From Carcharhinus amblyrhynchos (taxonomy: Eukaryota): 64,000 nucleotides of DNA. Of this stretch, positions 61,179 through 64,000 are shown one piece after another. Below the pieces are notes generated by a model. That model did no database searches. It had not been told where the DNA came from and saw only the letters and a program-made list of their open reading frames with translations. Position numbers and translations under genes: made by a program. Positions within the stretch are counted from its first letter, which is position 1; each line of letters begins with the position of its first letter. The DNA is taken from the NCBI GenBank assembly GCA_965287045.1, contig OZ336885.1, positions 19,778,001-19,842,000 of the forward strand, written 5' to 3'.

Positions 61179-61257
61179 TGGTGCGCAATGTGGGGCTTGA
61201 ACCCACAACCCTAACATGAAAAGAGTCTCGTGCTCTACCGACTGAGAGTTGTCAGGG
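61179..61257 (-). pseudogene. tRNA-Lys(CTT)-derived pseudogene ending in CCA
   Basis: Minus strand CTCAGTCGGTAGAGCACGAGACTCTT..AGGGTTGTGGGTTCAAGCCCCACATTGCGCA-CCA; acceptor stem and anticodon arm damaged. Confidence 0.85.
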
Positions 61258-61307
61258 AAGGGGAAGAAGACATATTTAAATTGAAAATGAAGGCTATTGA
61301 TGGTGGT

Positions 61308-61746
61308 TGTGAGATCTTGACTGAGACAGTGTGTACTGAAACTATATCTGTGAGCACCATTTGTTGCCATCCTCAGAGAGGAGAATCTGTGTGAACCTTC
61401 CCTGAGAGCAGCAGGCCATTGCGTGGTAATGTTACTGGAGCTCAGCTGGATTAGAAAATCTATGAACACTGTTGCTATCTAAAGGAAGTTTAAACTCTAA
61501 GTTTATTTAATCTAATGCCTTTTAAGAAATGTTTGTAAAGTACTGTTAACTGTATAAAGATGTTTTTGATACGATAAGTGTTTAAATTTACTATTTAAAA
61601 TCATGACAAGTGGTCCAGAATTTACTTATCTTGACTTCCGACAATTCCTCATGCTAATACAAATTGTAAACTGTTGTGGCAGCTTGTTCCAAGTTTCCAT
61701 TTGGGATTTTGACAGCTTGACATTTACTTTCTGTCATGCCATAACA
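61308..61746 (+). mobile_element. Possible decayed solo LTR
   Basis: AT-rich middle, U5-like CCAAGTTTCCATTTGGGATTTTGAC and end CCATAACA; no TSD confirmed. Confidence 0.3.
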
Positions 61747-62121
61747 CTGGCAGGGCCCAAAACAGAACATCTATTGTTGGATGTGATTTGAAGATTGGGC
61801 AGCAGTTGCTGAACATAGACATTCAAGACTCATACATATTACATGGGATCCAAAGAGACTTCTCATAATTTGCTAAGGGATGGCATTCAGATGAATGAAA
61901 TTCACATTTTTTTAATCTATTGAATTACTTGACTTTAACTAAATTATGTTAAATCCGAAATGGCAATGCAAGGTTCTGGTCAGGTCCTCTCATGTTGAAG
62001 TCAGTGCGGAATTAGTGTAATTTTAATGTTGGGAATAGTATATTTTGTTGTTCCTTGACTAACACACACAAATGTAGGATTGTCTATGGCATCTACTTTA
62101 AAAATCTATCTGTCATTCAGA

Positions 62122-62290
62122 GAAACATGGAAAATAGAAGCAGGAGTAAGCCATTTGGCCCTTTGAACCTGCTCCGCCATTCATTTTGCTCATACCTGAT
62201 CATCAAATTCAATATCCTTCCTACCCTTCAATATCCGATATCTTGATCCCTTTAGCCCCAAGAGCTATATCTAATTCCTTCTTGAAACCA
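62122..62290 (-). mobile_element. CR1 3'-UTR stub
   Basis: AATAGAAGCAGGAGTAAGCCATTTGGCCCTTTGAACCTGCTCCGCCATTCA. Confidence 0.75.
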
Positions 62291-62702
62291 AACAATTATT
62301 GCATTAAACAATGATCTATCTGATCCACTAAACAATTGACCAAGTTTTTGGTCATCTTCAAAGTTTTATCTGGATTCTCTGTGACATTCCTAAGAACTAA
62401 GACAAGAGCATCTGAATTGTACTCCCCATTCTAATAGTTGTGGAGCACCAGCTTTTCCACAGTGTGATGTTGAAGCCACCTTCAGTAGTGGCCTAGATGG
62501 AATCACTGCTGAGAAATTTGTTTCTAGGCACTTAGACCTTAGCAGGGTCACTCTTGAGTGCAATGGAGCCTTCTTAAAGTGTAGCTAAATCTTAAACATT
62601 CTCAAGGCACGTATACTATTTGCATTTACTTAAATGCCAACACCTGATCAAGGATTTTCTGCCTAGTTAGTTAAACAGAGACCAGTTCCTTCAAAAGAAT
62701 AT

Positions 62703-62827
62703 GGCAGCAACTCCCACAGCTGGGACACTCCGGTCTCGGTGCAGTGAACGGAGGTTTGGCTGAGTTCCAAATTCTCCGTTCTCACTCACTACGGGAGAGG
62801 GGTGTGCAAGACCGGAGAATTCCAGCC
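62703..62827. mobile_element. Harbinger-type MITE related to 7421-7564
   Basis: CCAAATTCTCCGTTCTC internal motif; end CCGGAGAATTCCAGCC. Confidence 0.45.
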
Positions 62828-62949
62828 AACATTCTCAAAAATCTGCTCAATTTGACTCTATAGCAGAAGTTACAGGCAACAGTAAGAGGATACAAAGTTA
62901 GCACAGGGAGACAAAATTGCGCATGATAGACTGAAACAACTTACAGTTA

Positions 62950-63810
62950 TATAATGTCTTTAATTTGATTAAATGTCACAAGGCACTTGACAGGACCACC
63001 ACCAATCAAAATATGACACAGAGCTTCATAATTAGGGCAAATGGATGACTTGGTATGTTTTAATGTAAGCCTATTTGTAACACTAATAAATAAACTTCAA
63101 ATTAACTTAAACTTTTGAGTAACGTCTTAACAGAGAAATGTGAGGTAGGGATGCAGTGAGGTTCAGGGTAGGTATTCCAGAGCTTGGAGTCTAGGCAACT
63201 GAAGACATGGATGCCAATGGTGCAGCAATTAAGAGTGGCGAAGCACAAGAGGTCAGGATTAGAAGCTCGTAGGTGTCTTTGGGGGCTAGAGAAGATTATG
63301 GAGATGGGGAACAGTGAAACAGTGGAAGGATTTGCAAACAAGGATGAGAATTTTAAAACCAAGAAGCTGCTTGGCCTGGAGCCAATTTAGGTTCGTGAGC
63401 ACAGACAGTATGGAATGGAACTTGCTGCAAATTAGACGTGGTCAGCAGAGTTTTAGGTGACTTCCAGTTTACAAGCAGTAGATTGTGGGAGCCCAGCCAG
63501 TGTTGGAACAGTCAAGTCTTGAGGTAATGAAGGCATCATTGACAACTTTAGCAAAGATGAGCTGAGACAAGGGCAAAGTTAGGTGATGTTATGGACGTGG
63601 AAATAACAGTCTTAGTGAAGGCATGAATCTGAGATTGGAAGTTCATCTCCAGATCAAATGTGACACTAACTTAATGGATAGACTGTGTCTAAGGAGAGGG
63701 ATAAAGTCGGTAGACAGGAATGGAATTTGGAACAGGAAATAAATGGCTTCAGTCTTCACAATATTTAATTGGAGGACATTTCAGTTCATCCTGTACTGGA
63801 TATCAGATAA
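62950..63810 (-). mobile_element. L2 LINE 3' fragment with a V-SINE tail B stub at about 63050-63110
   Basis: TATTCCAGAGCTTGGAGTCTAGGCAACTGAAGACA (FSCLDSKLWN reversed), GGAGCCAATTTAG; homologous to 25610-26315. Confidence 0.75.
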
Positions 63811-64000
63811 GCATGAAAGAGCTCAGTGAATATTCAGACATTGAGGCTTGAAGATTCGATATGTGTAATTCCTTTTACGTGCTATGTTCATTTAACCTTG
63901 TCTAGCTACCACCTGAAATTTCTTTAATTGAATAGCAAAATACTTGCCGTAAAAGCACACCCATCTCCTACCCACTTGACTACTATCAAAGCACTGGGGT

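Noticed and set aside
61171-61200. TGGTGCGCAATGTGGGGC as a retroviral primer-binding site (tRNA-Lys1,2)
   Set aside because: Complementarity continues over nearly the whole tRNA rather than 18 nt, a SINE rather than an LTR lies upstream, and no gag follows

Overview
Repeat-rich non-coding vertebrate DNA, almost certainly from a shark or other elasmobranch, judged by the abundant HE1-type V-SINEs, HER1/CR1 LINEs and DeuSINE remnants. I could not recognise any host protein-coding exon. Nearly all ORFs in the track are retroposon ORF2 fragments or spurious frames over SINEs and microsatellites. The window is a layered fossil record of mobile DNA. It holds several CR1 subfamilies (one very young), Rex1/Babar and L2 LINEs, a second CR1/L2-group LINE with its partner SINE, V-SINEs with two alternative 3' tails, and DeuSINEs. 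It also holds mini Penelope-like elements with hammerhead-ribozyme cores, decayed PIF/Harbinger transposase and Myb/SANT genes with about a dozen MITEs, a decayed 28S rRNA fragment and a CCA-ending tRNA-Lys copy. I found no evidence for a new multi-gene system. The most interesting signals are the apparent V-SINE tail swap onto a Rex1/Babar partner, the 28S fragment, the ribozyme-bearing mini-PLEs with clean target-site duplications (TSDs), and a few unexplained hairpins and candidate exons. All family assignments are by eye and from memory of consensus motifs, with no searches run. Boundaries of old elements are approximate.
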